From Methylobacter sp. (GTDB lineage: Bacteria > Pseudomonadota > Gammaproteobacteria > Methylococcales > Methylomonadaceae): a stretch of DNA of 64,000 nucleotides. The position numbers and the translations under genes were made by a program. Under the pieces are notes generated by a model. It was not told the origin of the DNA. It saw only the letters and a program-made list of their open reading frames with translations, and ran no database searches. Below are positions 1 through 9,687 of this stretch, in pieces; position 1 is the stretch's first letter; each line of letters opens with the position of its first letter. The stretch lies in NCBI RefSeq assembly GCF_023227905.1, contig NZ_JALOCF010000012.1, forward strand, positions 32,618 to 96,617. The letters are read 5' to 3'.

Positions 1-2747
1 CCGCCAAAACGCTGGTTAATAATATCGATGAGTCGAGAAAGCGAAACCTGTTCCTCTCTGACCATTCCGGTGCCCACTTCTCGAGGGCCATCGAGCGGTT
101 TGGCATACCCATCATTGAGGCTAATAGATCCTTCACTAATCTTTTGTAAGCGATAGTATTCCAAGTCGATTTCTTCATCGAATTGATATCCGGCTCCAGT
201 TTTTCGCTTCGGCAGCTTTAAAGCCAGATGACGTAAATAGGTAAATAGTTTTTCAAGGTCGCTGTCCTGATAAGGAATGACCTGACTTAAAAAACTATAC
301 AGGTTTCTAAACGCCTGAATTTTGCCCCGCCAAAGTTCAGCTGCTTCCTCTTCAGATTTTTGCAAATCGGCAAATCGGGCAACAGCCTGATCCAAAATCA
401 CATTCATCGTTTTATGGTCGGATGGGCTCTGGCGGCGTTTAGGTGCAAAAAACACCTTGGCAAACGCATCGACTTCTTCTTGAAGATAAATCGATGAAGC
501 ATCAAGCTCTGCCTTTACCTCATAGAGCCGGTCAGGATCGACTTCTTCGCCCATCACCGACCCTTCGTAATATTGGCGAAATGCCTCTTGTATTTCGGTA
601 GGGTCATTAACGAAATCCAAAATAAATGTATCGTCCTTTAACGGATGTGTGCGGTTTAGGCGAGAGAGCGTTTGCACAGCCTGGATACCGGCAAGTCGTT
701 TATCCACATACATAGTGTGCAGCAGTGGCTGATCGAAACCCGTCTGATATTTTTCAGCCACCAACAGTACTTGGAAATCGGGCTTTGCAAAGGTATCCGG
801 CAGCTCTTTTTCCTTTAGTCCATTGTTCATTTCGACTTCGGTATAAGTCTTTTCCGGACACTTTTCATCTTCGACAGTACCTGAAAATGCCACCAAACTT
901 TTAATAGAGTAGCCTTTTTCCTTAATATAACGATCGAACTCCTGTTTATATCGCACTGCCTCCAGTCGCGAACCGGTTACCAGCATGGCCTTGGCATGTC
1001 CACCAATCTTGTGTCGGGTGAAGTGCTGAAAGTGCTCAACGATGACTTCCGTCTTCTGGCCAATGTTATGTGGGTGCAGCCGCATGAAACGAGCCAGCGC
1101 TTTGGCTGCTTTTTTGCGCTCTACGTTGGGGTCATCTTCCGCTTTTTTGATCAGCTTGTAGTAGGTTTTGTAGGTCACATAATTACGTAACACATCTTCA
1201 ATGAACCCTTCCTCAATCGCTTGGCGCATCGTATAACGATGAAACGGCTCGCCATTACGGCCAAAGATTTTCAGGGTTTTATGCTTAGGTGTAGCGGTAA
1301 AGGCGAAGAAGCTCATATTGGCTTGTTGGCCACGTTTAGCCATTGCTCGATACAGCCGTTCCAACTCAGCCTCACCCTCCTCTTTTGCCAGTTCCTGAGC
1401 CTTGCGGCGCAGTTCAGCCCCGCCAAGTACGCCTTTAAGTTCCGTGGCAGTTTCGCCGGATTGCGAACTGTGTGCCTCGTCGATAATCACCGCATAGTGT
1501 CGGGTGGGTAAGTGACTACCAGTCTCGCCACGCTCCTCGTTCAATTTAGCCAGCTGTCCAGACACAAAAGGAAATTTCTGTAAGGTGGTGATGATAATCG
1601 GCACAGCGGATTCGAGTGCTTCAGCTAATTGCCGGGAATCTTCATCGATTTTTTGCACTACACCTTGCCGATGATCGAACTGATAGATGGTGTTTTGCAA
1701 TTGCCGATCAAGTACCACCCGATCGGTAATGACGATAACACTGTCGAAAATGCGTTCGTCCGCTGCACTATGCAAACTGGAAAGCCGGTGAGCCAGCCAA
1801 GCAATGGTATTACTCTTACCGCTACCGGCAGAGTGTTCGACTAAATAGTTATGACCAACCCCCTCACTCACTGCCGTAATGACCATTTGCCGCACAGCTT
1901 GCAGCTGATGGTAACGGGGAAAGATCATGCTTTCCTTACGGATTTTTTTGCCATCCTCTGACATTTTTTCTTCAATATTCAGATGAAGAAAACGCGCCAG
2001 GAGATCGAGCAAACTGTCACGAGATAGAACCTCTTCCCATAAATACGCTGTTTTGTAGTTACGGCCAGCCTTGTCAGGCTCGTTACCCGCACCACCCTGA
2101 TTGCCACGATTGAAGGGCAAAAAGTGTGTGCTGGTTCCCGCTAGGCGAGTCGTCATATGTGCTTCTTCGGTATCCACCGAAAAATGTACTAGTGTGCGTT
2201 TGGTAAACTGAAAGATCAGTTCGCGCGGGTCACGGTCGTGGCGATATTGATGAATGGCGTTGGCCGCCGTTTGGCCGGTAAGTGGGTTTTTCAACTCCAG
2301 CGTTACCACCGGAATGCCGTTGATCGACAGCACCACATCCAGTGATTTTTCATTCTTTGGGCTGAAATGCAGTTGCCGGGTTAGGCCTAAGCGATTGGCT
2401 TGATAGCGTACCTCCAACTCTGGATTGAGACCATGGGCCGGGCGGAAAAACGCAATACGCAATTTCTTGCCAAAACACTTGAATCCATGGCGCAGGGTGG
2501 ACAGAACGCCATGGGTATCCAGCCATTTGCACAATGCTTGCAAAACCCGTTCGCCGGTTTCATCGCCATGAAGGGCTTCCAGCTTCTCCCAGGTCTTGGC
2601 TTGAGTTGCGCGGATAAAATCCAGCGCCGCTGTTGGAAAAATGGCTCGTTCACGGTCGAAATCGCCGGACAGAAACGTCTGATAGCCATCAGCCAATAAT
2701 ACTGACTCGATGGCGGTTTCAAAGGCGGCTTCGCTGGTTTGTTTCAT
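1..2747 (-). CDS. hsdR: Type I restriction enzyme subunit R; C-terminus runs off the window start
   Basis: Not in the ORF track because it has no stop in the window. Manual translation from ATG 2747 gives MKQTSEAAFE..., nuclease motif D-x-ELKNP, Walker A HSAGSGKS, Walker B IIDEAH and C-terminal LSRLIDIINQRFG in the same frame. The ATG overlaps the TGA of the HNH gene. Confidence 0.95.
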   Translation of the reverse strand, partial: MKQTSEAAFETAIESVLLADGYQTFLSGDFDRERAIFPTAALDFIRATQAKTWEKLEALHGDETGERVLQALCKWLDTHGVLSTLRHGFKCFGKKLRIAFFRPAHGLNPELEVRYQANRLGLTRQLHFSPKNEKSLDVVLSINGIPVVTLELKNPLTGQTAANAIHQYRHDRDPRELIFQFTKRTLVHFSVDTEEAHMTTRLAGTSTHFLPFNRGNQGGAGNEPDKAGRNYKTAYLWEEVLSRDSLLDLLARFLHLNIEEKMSEDGKKIRKESMIFPRYHQLQAVRQMVITAVSEGVGHNYLVEHSAGSGKSNTIAWLAHRLSSLHSAADERIFDSVIVITDRVVLDRQLQNTIYQFDHRQGVVQKIDEDSRQLAEALESAVPIIITTLQKFPFVSGQLAKLNEERGETGSHLPTRHYAVIIDEAHSSQSGETATELKGVLGGAELRRKAQELAKEEGEAELERLYRAMAKRGQQANMSFFAFTATPKHKTLKIFGRNGEPFHRYTMRQAIEEGFIEDVLRNYVTYKTYYKLIKKAEDDPNVERKKAAKALARFMRLHPHNIGQKTEVIVEHFQHFTRHKIGGHAKAMLVTGSRLEAVRYKQEFDRYIKEKGYSIKSLVAFSGTVEDEKCPEKTYTEVEMNNGLKEKELPDTFAKPDFQVLLVAEKYQTGFDQPLLHTMYVDKRLAGIQAVQTLSRLNRTHPLKDDTFILDFVNDPTEIQEAFRQYYEGSVMGEEVDPDRLYEVKAELDASSIYLQEEVDAFAKVFFAPKRRQSPSDHKTMNVILDQAVARFADLQKSEEEAAELWRGKIQAFRNLYSFLSQVIPYQDSDLEKLFTYLRHLALKLPKRKTGAGYQFDEEIDLEYYRLQKISEGSISLNDGYAKPLDGPREVGTGMVREEQVSLSRLIDIINQRFG

Positions 2748-3415
2748 TTTCCATCGCCTTGCGCAATATATCTAGGCAACAACTGCTTCAATACAAAGCA
2801 GAACTCTTTCAGCCGCCCGTTACCATCAAATTGGTCGATATTTGCAAGCGCTATTTTGGCTTCGGCAATTGACAATGGTTTTGAACGGGTTCGAAGGCCA
2901 AAGCCAAAAAAACCGCCAATCCGGGACTTTCTTAGCTGCCGCAGCCCATCATTATCAAGGCCGAGGATTTTGATTGTTTCTTTAGCCCCTTCATGATCAT
3001 CAGGATCTGGGTGAATACGGCCACTCCATGCGAATGTAAAACGTCGCTCACAATCCTCTGAGAGCGGTGAAATAAAGGACTGCTCATCCCACCATCCATT
3101 CTTTAATGGCGCTCCATATCCATATGATGTATCCCCTCCTTCAGCCGGAAAGCAAGCAACAACATTCCTGTAATCGACATCCTCCCAATCCGCACATTGG
3201 TTTTGGGGTTTAATGTGTTCAATGTGTGAAGACTCTTTAGTTATGGCTAGACCAGTGTATGCACATATTTTGCCTTGCTCATTAAGCAACTTGTCCTTGA
3301 GCTTACGATGAGCCTCCGTTCCCGACAAGGCTTTGTAAGAATGATTGTGGTCTTTATTGCCATCACGCCACTCGGTTAACTCTTTCGGCGCATGTGTCTT
3401 CACAACCCTTCTCAT
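2744..3415 (-). CDS. HNH endonuclease, TIGR02646/PtuB-like
   Basis: EQGKICAYTG...HIEHIKPQ...NVVAC HNH core and ETIKILGLD..LRQLR tail; translationally coupled to the upstream ATPase and to hsdR. Confidence 0.85.
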   Translation of the reverse strand: MRRVVKTHAPKELTEWRDGNKDHNHSYKALSGTEAHRKLKDKLLNEQGKICAYTGLAITKESSHIEHIKPQNQCADWEDVDYRNVVACFPAEGGDTSYGYGAPLKNGWWDEQSFISPLSEDCERRFTFAWSGRIHPDPDDHEGAKETIKILGLDNDGLRQLRKSRIGGFFGFGLRTRSKPLSIAEAKIALANIDQFDGNGRLKEFCFVLKQLLPRYIAQGDGK

Positions 3416-4785
3416 CTTAGCTCCAGCAATTCAAACCGATCTAATATTGCAAACGCTTCCTGCAAATCAGGAAAATCGCCGATCGCTACCTTCATTCTTT
3501 CTGCAAGGGCGCGAGCGGCTTCGTACTGACCTTTGTCAATCGCGTCAAAAACTTTCGAGAGTTCCTGCTCTGTTTCGTAATCCCGAGCAGGCACCCCCAT
3601 GATATTCTGCAAAACCCAGCTGCTGTCCATGCCAAACGCCTGTGAAACTTCAGTCAAAATGACTTTTCCCGCGTTATCGTGACTCAATAAACGCAGCTTT
3701 TTTGCATTTACTTGCCCAATCACTTGAGGGGAGTGAGTTGTGATGACAAATTGGCAGTTTTTGAAAACATCCCGAAGCCTTCTGACAACTTGACGTTGCC
3801 ATTTCGGGTGCAGGTGCAATTCAATCTCGTCGATCATCACCAGCGCCACGCCATCAGCGATGGGATTGTCGCTTACCGGGTTGGCAATAGCCAAACGGCG
3901 GGTGAGGTCAAATACCAGTGCCAGCAGGCCGCATTCACCGTCGGAAAGTTGCTCTAAAAAGAAAGTTGAACCGTTTTTTTGTACGCTAAACCTGGGTGGA
4001 CGTTCAGAGTGCAGGCTAAGACTGCTCACATCAGGCAGAAATGTAGCGATTGCAGCTTCAAGTTGCTGGAACATTCTTGCTACACGTGTTGACTGATTTT
4101 CTTCTGCCAGCACTCGGTACCAGTTGGCAAAGTCGTTCAGCGACACTTCCAACTGATCCAGCGCTTTGTCGTACGCCGTAGCAATTTTAATAGCTTTGGC
4201 TTTCAGGCTGGGCGGTAACCGAGAAAGAAAGCGGGAGGTCGAATAAAAGACAGCAATTGGCTGCGCCCCCTCGGTCTCCAATGTGTCGACAATCGGGCTC
4301 TGGCTGGTATGTGATTCCTTGGGCAGGATGCGCACGGTTGGCACGTCTTCGACTGAGGCTAGTTGAATTTCTATCCGACTAATTTCATCCTTGATTTCCT
4401 GTTCTTCCTTCGACCTCTTCTTGGTTTCTCTGGTCGCAAATCTCAGTTTATCCCGGCGAATTGTAAGTTCCTCTGCTCTTGCAGCACTTATTGCAGCTGA
4501 CCTTGCTATATCGACATAAATATTAGCTTTTGAGGTGTTCAACAGAATTGACAAGGCCAAGTTATCCTTCCCAGACTTGACGTCGGTATCTGCCAATCCA
4601 ATTACTTTTTCTTGTGATGGCGTAATGTGAGGAAGTACCAAAGACATTGCTTTAACTATTGCACCTAAAAGCGCGGATTTTCCGACACCATTCACTCCAG
4701 CAATTACTGTTACATCGGCTTCGAATTGGAGATCAATTTGATCGTAGCCTCGAAAATTGGCGAGTGTTACACGCTCCAGCTTCAT
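3412..4785 (-). CDS. ABC/AAA_21-type ATPase, PtuA-like
   Basis: N-terminal NFRG, Walker A GVNGVGKS, signature LSDGE, Walker B/D-loop IDEIELHLHPKWQ, H-loop TTHSP. Confidence 0.88.
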   Translation of the reverse strand: MKLERVTLANFRGYDQIDLQFEADVTVIAGVNGVGKSALLGAIVKAMSLVLPHITPSQEKVIGLADTDVKSGKDNLALSILLNTSKANIYVDIARSAAISAARAEELTIRRDKLRFATRETKKRSKEEQEIKDEISRIEIQLASVEDVPTVRILPKESHTSQSPIVDTLETEGAQPIAVFYSTSRFLSRLPPSLKAKAIKIATAYDKALDQLEVSLNDFANWYRVLAEENQSTRVARMFQQLEAAIATFLPDVSSLSLHSERPPRFSVQKNGSTFFLEQLSDGECGLLALVFDLTRRLAIANPVSDNPIADGVALVMIDEIELHLHPKWQRQVVRRLRDVFKNCQFVITTHSPQVIGQVNAKKLRLLSHDNAGKVILTEVSQAFGMDSSWVLQNIMGVPARDYETEQELSKVFDAIDKGQYEAARALAERMKVAIGDFPDLQEAFAILDRFELLELR

Positions 4786-6080
4786 GAACGCATCTCCTCG
4801 ATGGAAATCTGGCCGGCCACAGCGGCGGTAATCAGGGCGGCGCGACGTTCTTTGAGAAGATCGATAGAGTTGCGTATTTCCGCAAGCAATACAGAGCTTC
4901 TCTGCCCTGAAATTTCTAAATACTGGGTAATAGCAACTTGCTCATTTAGCGGTGGAATTAAGACAATGAAGTTTCCGAGTGACTCAAAATTAAGGCCTTC
5001 GCGCCCACTTCCCGACTGAGATAGATTAATCTGATGCTGGCCTATTTCAGACCGAAGCGTGAAATATAAGAATTTGGTTTGAATTTGCTCTAATGGTCTT
5101 ATGATACAGACATGCTGATTAACGTTTGCTTCCCCTTGCATATCTTCAACGTAGAAGCAGCGACCAATTGAAGCCCCAGTAATATTGATCAAAACATCCC
5201 CGTTGGACACCTTGCTATTGGTCATGGACTCGTGCGTCTCGTCATCGATAAAAACAATATCGTCCATTCGTAAGCCATCGAAATGAATGTTCTGGCTTCT
5301 AAGCAGTGGTACACCTTCAGTTTGATACGACTCTGCACCACCTCTTGGCGTGATGCCACTTCCAATCTTGAAAACTACGTGCTTCAACTTCCATATTTCC
5401 CAATGCATCGGAATATCCCCCAGCCAGTCGAGGCCGGAGTGTTTGAGAAGGGCATTGGGACTGAGGCCACGGGTGACGGTGCTACTGATGAGGGCGGCGC
5501 GCTTTTCTTCCAGCAGGGCCAGCATGATTTTCTTTTCCGCCAGTAGCGCATCGATCTGGGCGGTTTCCCGATCGAGGTAGTCGGCGATCAGGTGTTGGGT
5601 TTCATAAGCAGGAACAGGGAGCTTAATTGAACTAATGAAGTCCCAGTTTGCACGAGGCATTTTTGCGCCGAAGGTCGAGGCATCCACCAGGCCGACGAAA
5701 TCCGGCGCCAGCATCGAGTAAAGCAAAAAGCGCGGATGAATGTCCGGTTGTGGCTTTAAAACTAGCAATTCAGTACTGCATACTCCATCTTTATCAGTAT
5801 GAATGGCTTTCGCTAAATATGGACGCAGCTTCCCGAAAAGCACATCACCTGAATAGAAAACATTGGCGGTTCCGCTTGCAGAGTCATCACTCTCGGAGCT
5901 ATCAGAAGACGTATTGAGCAAAAGCTTTCCTGTCCATGACTGAATATTTTCTAGGCCCAAGTAATCGGTATGGTCCGAAGTCGCATCTGTCCGCTCGTTT
6001 CGGAGTGGCGCAATAAATTTCAGGCGTTTTTCGACTTCTTCAATACTCCTCGTCTTCTCGCCTTCGCGTGAGCCAACCAT
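4782..6080 (-). CDS. hsdS: Type I R-M specificity subunit S
   Basis: Two TRDs, each followed by a conserved helical region (PAYETQHLIADYLD; PPLNEQVAI...RAALITAAVAG), central WLGDIPMHW; ATG 6080 overlaps the hsdM stop. Confidence 0.93.
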   Translation of the reverse strand: MVGSREGEKTRSIEEVEKRLKFIAPLRNERTDATSDHTDYLGLENIQSWTGKLLLNTSSDSSESDDSASGTANVFYSGDVLFGKLRPYLAKAIHTDKDGVCSTELLVLKPQPDIHPRFLLYSMLAPDFVGLVDASTFGAKMPRANWDFISSIKLPVPAYETQHLIADYLDRETAQIDALLAEKKIMLALLEEKRAALISSTVTRGLSPNALLKHSGLDWLGDIPMHWEIWKLKHVVFKIGSGITPRGGAESYQTEGVPLLRSQNIHFDGLRMDDIVFIDDETHESMTNSKVSNGDVLINITGASIGRCFYVEDMQGEANVNQHVCIIRPLEQIQTKFLYFTLRSEIGQHQINLSQSGSGREGLNFESLGNFIVLIPPLNEQVAITQYLEISGQRSSVLLAEIRNSIDLLKERRAALITAAVAGQISIEEMRS

Positions 6081-8209
6081 CACTCCGTAACCTCCCGCAG
6101 TAGCGTCATGATCCGCTTTTCTACCGCCTCCAGTTCCTCGTCAATCTCATGTAACGGGCGCGGTGGCTTGTATTCGAAAAACTCGCGGTTGAAATTAATC
6201 TCATAGCCCACTTTACCAATGCCACCATCCAGTTCATCCAAAGTTTCGCGATCAATCCAGGCATCGTTAATATAGGGCCATACCTCGCGTAGGACAAAGC
6301 TAACAATGTCTTCCTTGAGTGGGATATTTTCAAAATCTTTCAGCGTGGGGTCGGACTCGTATTCGATATGTATGCCTTTACTATCGGCATAGAGTCCCAG
6401 CAGAGATTGCAACTCGCCTTGCTTTAGCTCGGGCAGAGTCTGGTTGGGGAACAGAGAGACAATATCCAATTCGTCGATTTTGTGATGTTTAGCGATGACC
6501 GGCTTGGCCTCGGAGTCGACCTCAGTGAATGCGTCCCGGAACAATTTTTTCTGAGCGGTGCCTTTGGCTCCTTTGGCCCAACCTTCCACGTCTTCCGGTA
6601 GGGCTTTGACGATTTTCTGTACAGCTTCCCAAGCTTGGTTCCAGTCGTCATACTGCTCACCACCTAATTTATCTTCCACTGCCAGCACGGCATCGAGCAG
6701 TTCGGGGCAAGTGTCGAGGTAGCGTTCTTTGGCTTCCTGCGTGATCTGGAAGCGCAAACGCAATGGGCGCAGGATGGTGACACGCCGGTAGCCGAAATCG
6801 GCATTGTCGAACACCTTGCTGGTATTGGATTCGGTCAGCGCGCCGTGCTCGCGGGTGATTTCATGAATGGCGGCTTCGTCCAGATAGCGGCGTTTGTTGC
6901 CAAGGCTGCGTTTCATGGGCGTCCAGCGCTCACGGGCGTCGATCAGTTGTATCTTGCCTTTGCGATGTTGTTCCTTGCGGTTGCTGAGTACCCAGACGAA
7001 GGTACCGATGCCGGTGTTGTAGAACATTTGCTCAGGTAGGGCGAAAATGGCTTCCAGCCAGTCATTTTCGATAATCCAGCGACGTATTTCGCTTTCGCCG
7101 CTATTCGCTCCACCGGTGAACAGCGGCGAGCCATTGAAGACGATGGCAGCGCGGGAGCCTGGTAAATCTTTATTCCCCAGTTCATAATCAGCGAATTTAT
7201 CGATCATGTGTATCAAAAACAGCAAAGCGCCGTCATTAATGCGTGGCAGCTTGCCTTTGTAACCGCGGAAATCGGGCCAACGGTCAATCTCTTTTTTCTC
7301 GCCTTTCCAGTCCACGCCAAAAGGTGGATTGGCCAGCAGGTAATCGAACCACATATCCGGGAATTGATCGTTGGTAAGGGTATTGCCGTACTCGATGCGG
7401 CTATCGCGATGGCCTTTGATCAACAGGTCGGATGCGGCGACGGCATAAGAGCGCGGATTATAGTCTTGCCCATAGACCTTAACCGTGGCCTGTTCGTTAT
7501 GGGCGCGAATCCAGTTCTGCGCTTCCGCCAGCATTCCGCCAGTGCCGCAAGCAGGGTCACAAATCGTGGCGATAACGCCTTCCTGCGTAAGCACACGCGT
7601 GTCGGGTTCCAACAACAGGTTGACCATCAGCCGGATCACCTCGCGAGGGGTGAAGTGATCACCGGCCGTTTCGTTCGCCGCCTCATTAAAGCGCCGGATC
7701 AAATCCTCGAATACCAGTCCCATGGTGATGTTGTCGACCCGTTTCGGATGCAAGTCAATCTCGGCGAACTGGGCAACCACCTGATAGAGGCGATTGGCTT
7801 CTTCAAGCTTCTCGATCTCCTTCTCGAAATCGAAGCGCTCGAAAATCTTGCGGATATTTTCCGAGAAACCATTAATGTAGTCGGTCAGATGGCGGCCGAT
7901 GTTATCCGGGTCGCCCTTAAGTTTGTAGAAATCGAGCTGACTGTGGTTATGAAAGCCAAGCGCGTTGCCATCATCATCCTTCGCCACATTATTTAGGATA
8001 GCATCGATATTCTGTATGCCTTTGGCGCTAAGTTCCGCGTGACGTTTTAGTACAGCTTCCTTAGTGGGTGCCAACGCCCAATCGAAACGGCGTAGCACAG
8101 TAAGCGGTAGCATCACTCGTTCATATTGCGGTGGTCGATAAGGTCCGCGGAGAAGGTCCGCTACGGACCAAATGAAGTTGGCGAGTTGCTGGAAGTTGAT
8201 AGGTGCCAT
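6080..8209 (-). CDS. hsdM: Type I R-M N6-adenine methyltransferase subunit M
   Basis: HFTPREVI, SAM motif DPACGTGGML, catalytic NPPF; probable start ATG 8209 (MAPINF), track extends to 8251. Confidence 0.96.
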   Translation of the reverse strand: MAPINFQQLANFIWSVADLLRGPYRPPQYERVMLPLTVLRRFDWALAPTKEAVLKRHAELSAKGIQNIDAILNNVAKDDDGNALGFHNHSQLDFYKLKGDPDNIGRHLTDYINGFSENIRKIFERFDFEKEIEKLEEANRLYQVVAQFAEIDLHPKRVDNITMGLVFEDLIRRFNEAANETAGDHFTPREVIRLMVNLLLEPDTRVLTQEGVIATICDPACGTGGMLAEAQNWIRAHNEQATVKVYGQDYNPRSYAVAASDLLIKGHRDSRIEYGNTLTNDQFPDMWFDYLLANPPFGVDWKGEKKEIDRWPDFRGYKGKLPRINDGALLFLIHMIDKFADYELGNKDLPGSRAAIVFNGSPLFTGGANSGESEIRRWIIENDWLEAIFALPEQMFYNTGIGTFVWVLSNRKEQHRKGKIQLIDARERWTPMKRSLGNKRRYLDEAAIHEITREHGALTESNTSKVFDNADFGYRRVTILRPLRLRFQITQEAKERYLDTCPELLDAVLAVEDKLGGEQYDDWNQAWEAVQKIVKALPEDVEGWAKGAKGTAQKKLFRDAFTEVDSEAKPVIAKHHKIDELDIVSLFPNQTLPELKQGELQSLLGLYADSKGIHIEYESDPTLKDFENIPLKEDIVSFVLREVWPYINDAWIDRETLDELDGGIGKVGYEINFNREFFEYKPPRPLHEIDEELEAVEKRIMTLLREVTE

Positions 8210-8607
8210 GTATTTTGTCGTCCTAGATCGCGCGGTTCTCGATAAAGCCAATGCGGATAGCTCGTTCCGTGATGATTGTAAAGCCTATCTCTTTGTTGAA
8301 GCCGATAGAAAATTGACCATTTGTGCCTGTTAAATTTTGATGAGGCATAACAGCCGCCTATCTTACTATAGGCTTATAGAATAAGTCGACAGAACTGCTC
8401 AGGCGACCTACAAACATCGCTCAGGACTCACATTATGCAAATACTCGGAAAGGTAAGAGATGGCAAGTATTCGTGCGAAATTGGGTAAACTCAATAGTTG
8501 CAAAGTCGTTTCCAAAACCTGTCCAGAAAACGACCGTTTGATGGACATCGATTCAGCAGTGAGTCGGAACAAAGCATCAAAACAGAGCGGCAATATTGGG
8601 AACACAA

Positions 8608-8835
8608 GAGGGTGTAAAAAATTTTTTGTAAACGGCTCTTAGGCAGGAAACTGCTGCAACTTTATCTAGGAATAAGAAAACGATCTCAGAGAAACTATTG
8701 GATAATCTGTTGGTGGGCTATCAAAAAGCCGAAGATCTGCTAGGCGAGAATGGTCTGCTAAAGCAATTGACCAAGGCATTGATGGAACAGGCACTGGAAG
8801 CTGGAATGACCGTACATCTGGAGCACGCAAAATAA
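8608..8835 (+). mobile_element. IS256-family remnant: left-end-like sequence plus truncated transposase N-terminus
   Basis: 8674-8835 reads KTISEKLLDNLLVGYQKAEDLLGENGLLKQLTKALMEQALEAGMTVHLEHAK*, matching the IS256 N-terminal pattern; preceded by GAGGGTGTAAAAAATTTTTTGTAAA. Confidence 0.75.
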
Positions 8836-9054
8836 CATAATATAACAAATACTTATGGTAAGTTATGACGCTCATTTCTGGCAAAACTGGCAAATTTTGA
8901 ACGCTTTTTTTCAACTCTTCGAGAGCCTGACGCGAGCCATAAAGTTATTCGCATTACCCAAAATAAAACATATATCGGGTGCCGTTTGGGGCAAGTTGGC
9001 TAGACCTGAATGAGAAAAACGTTACCAAGACCGGAACTTGACCGGAAGACGGAC

Positions 9055-9085
9055 AAAAAAAAGGGCTTGCACGCTGCAAGCCCTT
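9055..9085 (-). terminator. Intrinsic terminator downstream of tRNA-Asn
   Basis: AAGGGCTTGCA-3nt-TGCAAGCCCTT followed by a T run on the minus strand. Confidence 0.75.
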
Positions 9086-9093
9086 CATTTTTT

Positions 9094-9169
9094 TGGCTCC
9101 CCCGGACGGGCTCGAACCGCCGACCTAATGATTAACAGTCATCCGCTCTACCGACTGAGCTACAGGGGA
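9094..9169 (-). tRNA. tRNA-Asn(GTT)
   Basis: Reverse complement TCCCCTGTAGCTCAGTCGGTAGAGCGGATGACTGTTAATCAT...GGTTCGAGCCC...GAGCCA; 76 nt with encoded CCA. Confidence 0.97.
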
Positions 9170-9185
9170 ATAATTTGTTTCAGTA

Positions 9186-9262
9186 TGGCGCGCCCGGAGA
9201 GATTCGAACTCCCGACCGCACGGTTCGTAGCCGTGTACTCTATCCAGCTGAGCTACGGGCGC
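9186..9262 (-). tRNA. tRNA-Arg(ACG)
   Basis: Reverse complement GCGCCCGTAGCTCAGCTGGATAGAGTACACGGCTACGAACCGTG...GTTCGAATC...CGCCA; 77 nt. Confidence 0.97.
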
Positions 9263-9687
9263 CTTACTGAGACGCTTATTATGCGTTTTCAGCACTTCCC
9301 TGTCAACTGTAAATTTAATCAATTTACAAATATTTGGATGAATCAGCGTTGGGGCTATTAATTCCCTGATTAGTGCTCCACAGTAAACCAGAGTATTAGT
9401 GATAAATCATGACACCGCTGAACAGTAAAAATTTCCTTATCTGTATGGCATACAGGGAGATGGTTCTGCATTCTTATAGGATGACCTTACTTTTATAATC
9501 GTTGGCGCATTTTGCCAACTATCTCAATCGTAGCAAGCTGACATAAGAGGCGACTTCGTAGTCATAAATTTTCGGACTGATGAAAAAAAGAATTTTTCCT
9601 ATGGCGAATAACGCGGTGTAAATGAATAATAGCTTATTTTTGCATGCCATCAGCCCGATGTTGTAGTAACCCGAGCCTTGAAAAATT

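Noticed and set aside
2744..4785. Retron call for the ATPase + HNH pair
   Set aside because: No reverse transcriptase in the window and no intergenic room for msr-msd; all junctions overlap
9038..9361. ORFs overlapping the tRNA pair
   Set aside because: Fully explained by two canonical tRNA genes
9453..9490. GGAGATGG...GATGACCTTAC resembling a fluoride riboswitch
   Set aside because: The required pairing partner is missing and the downstream gene is unrelated to fluoride
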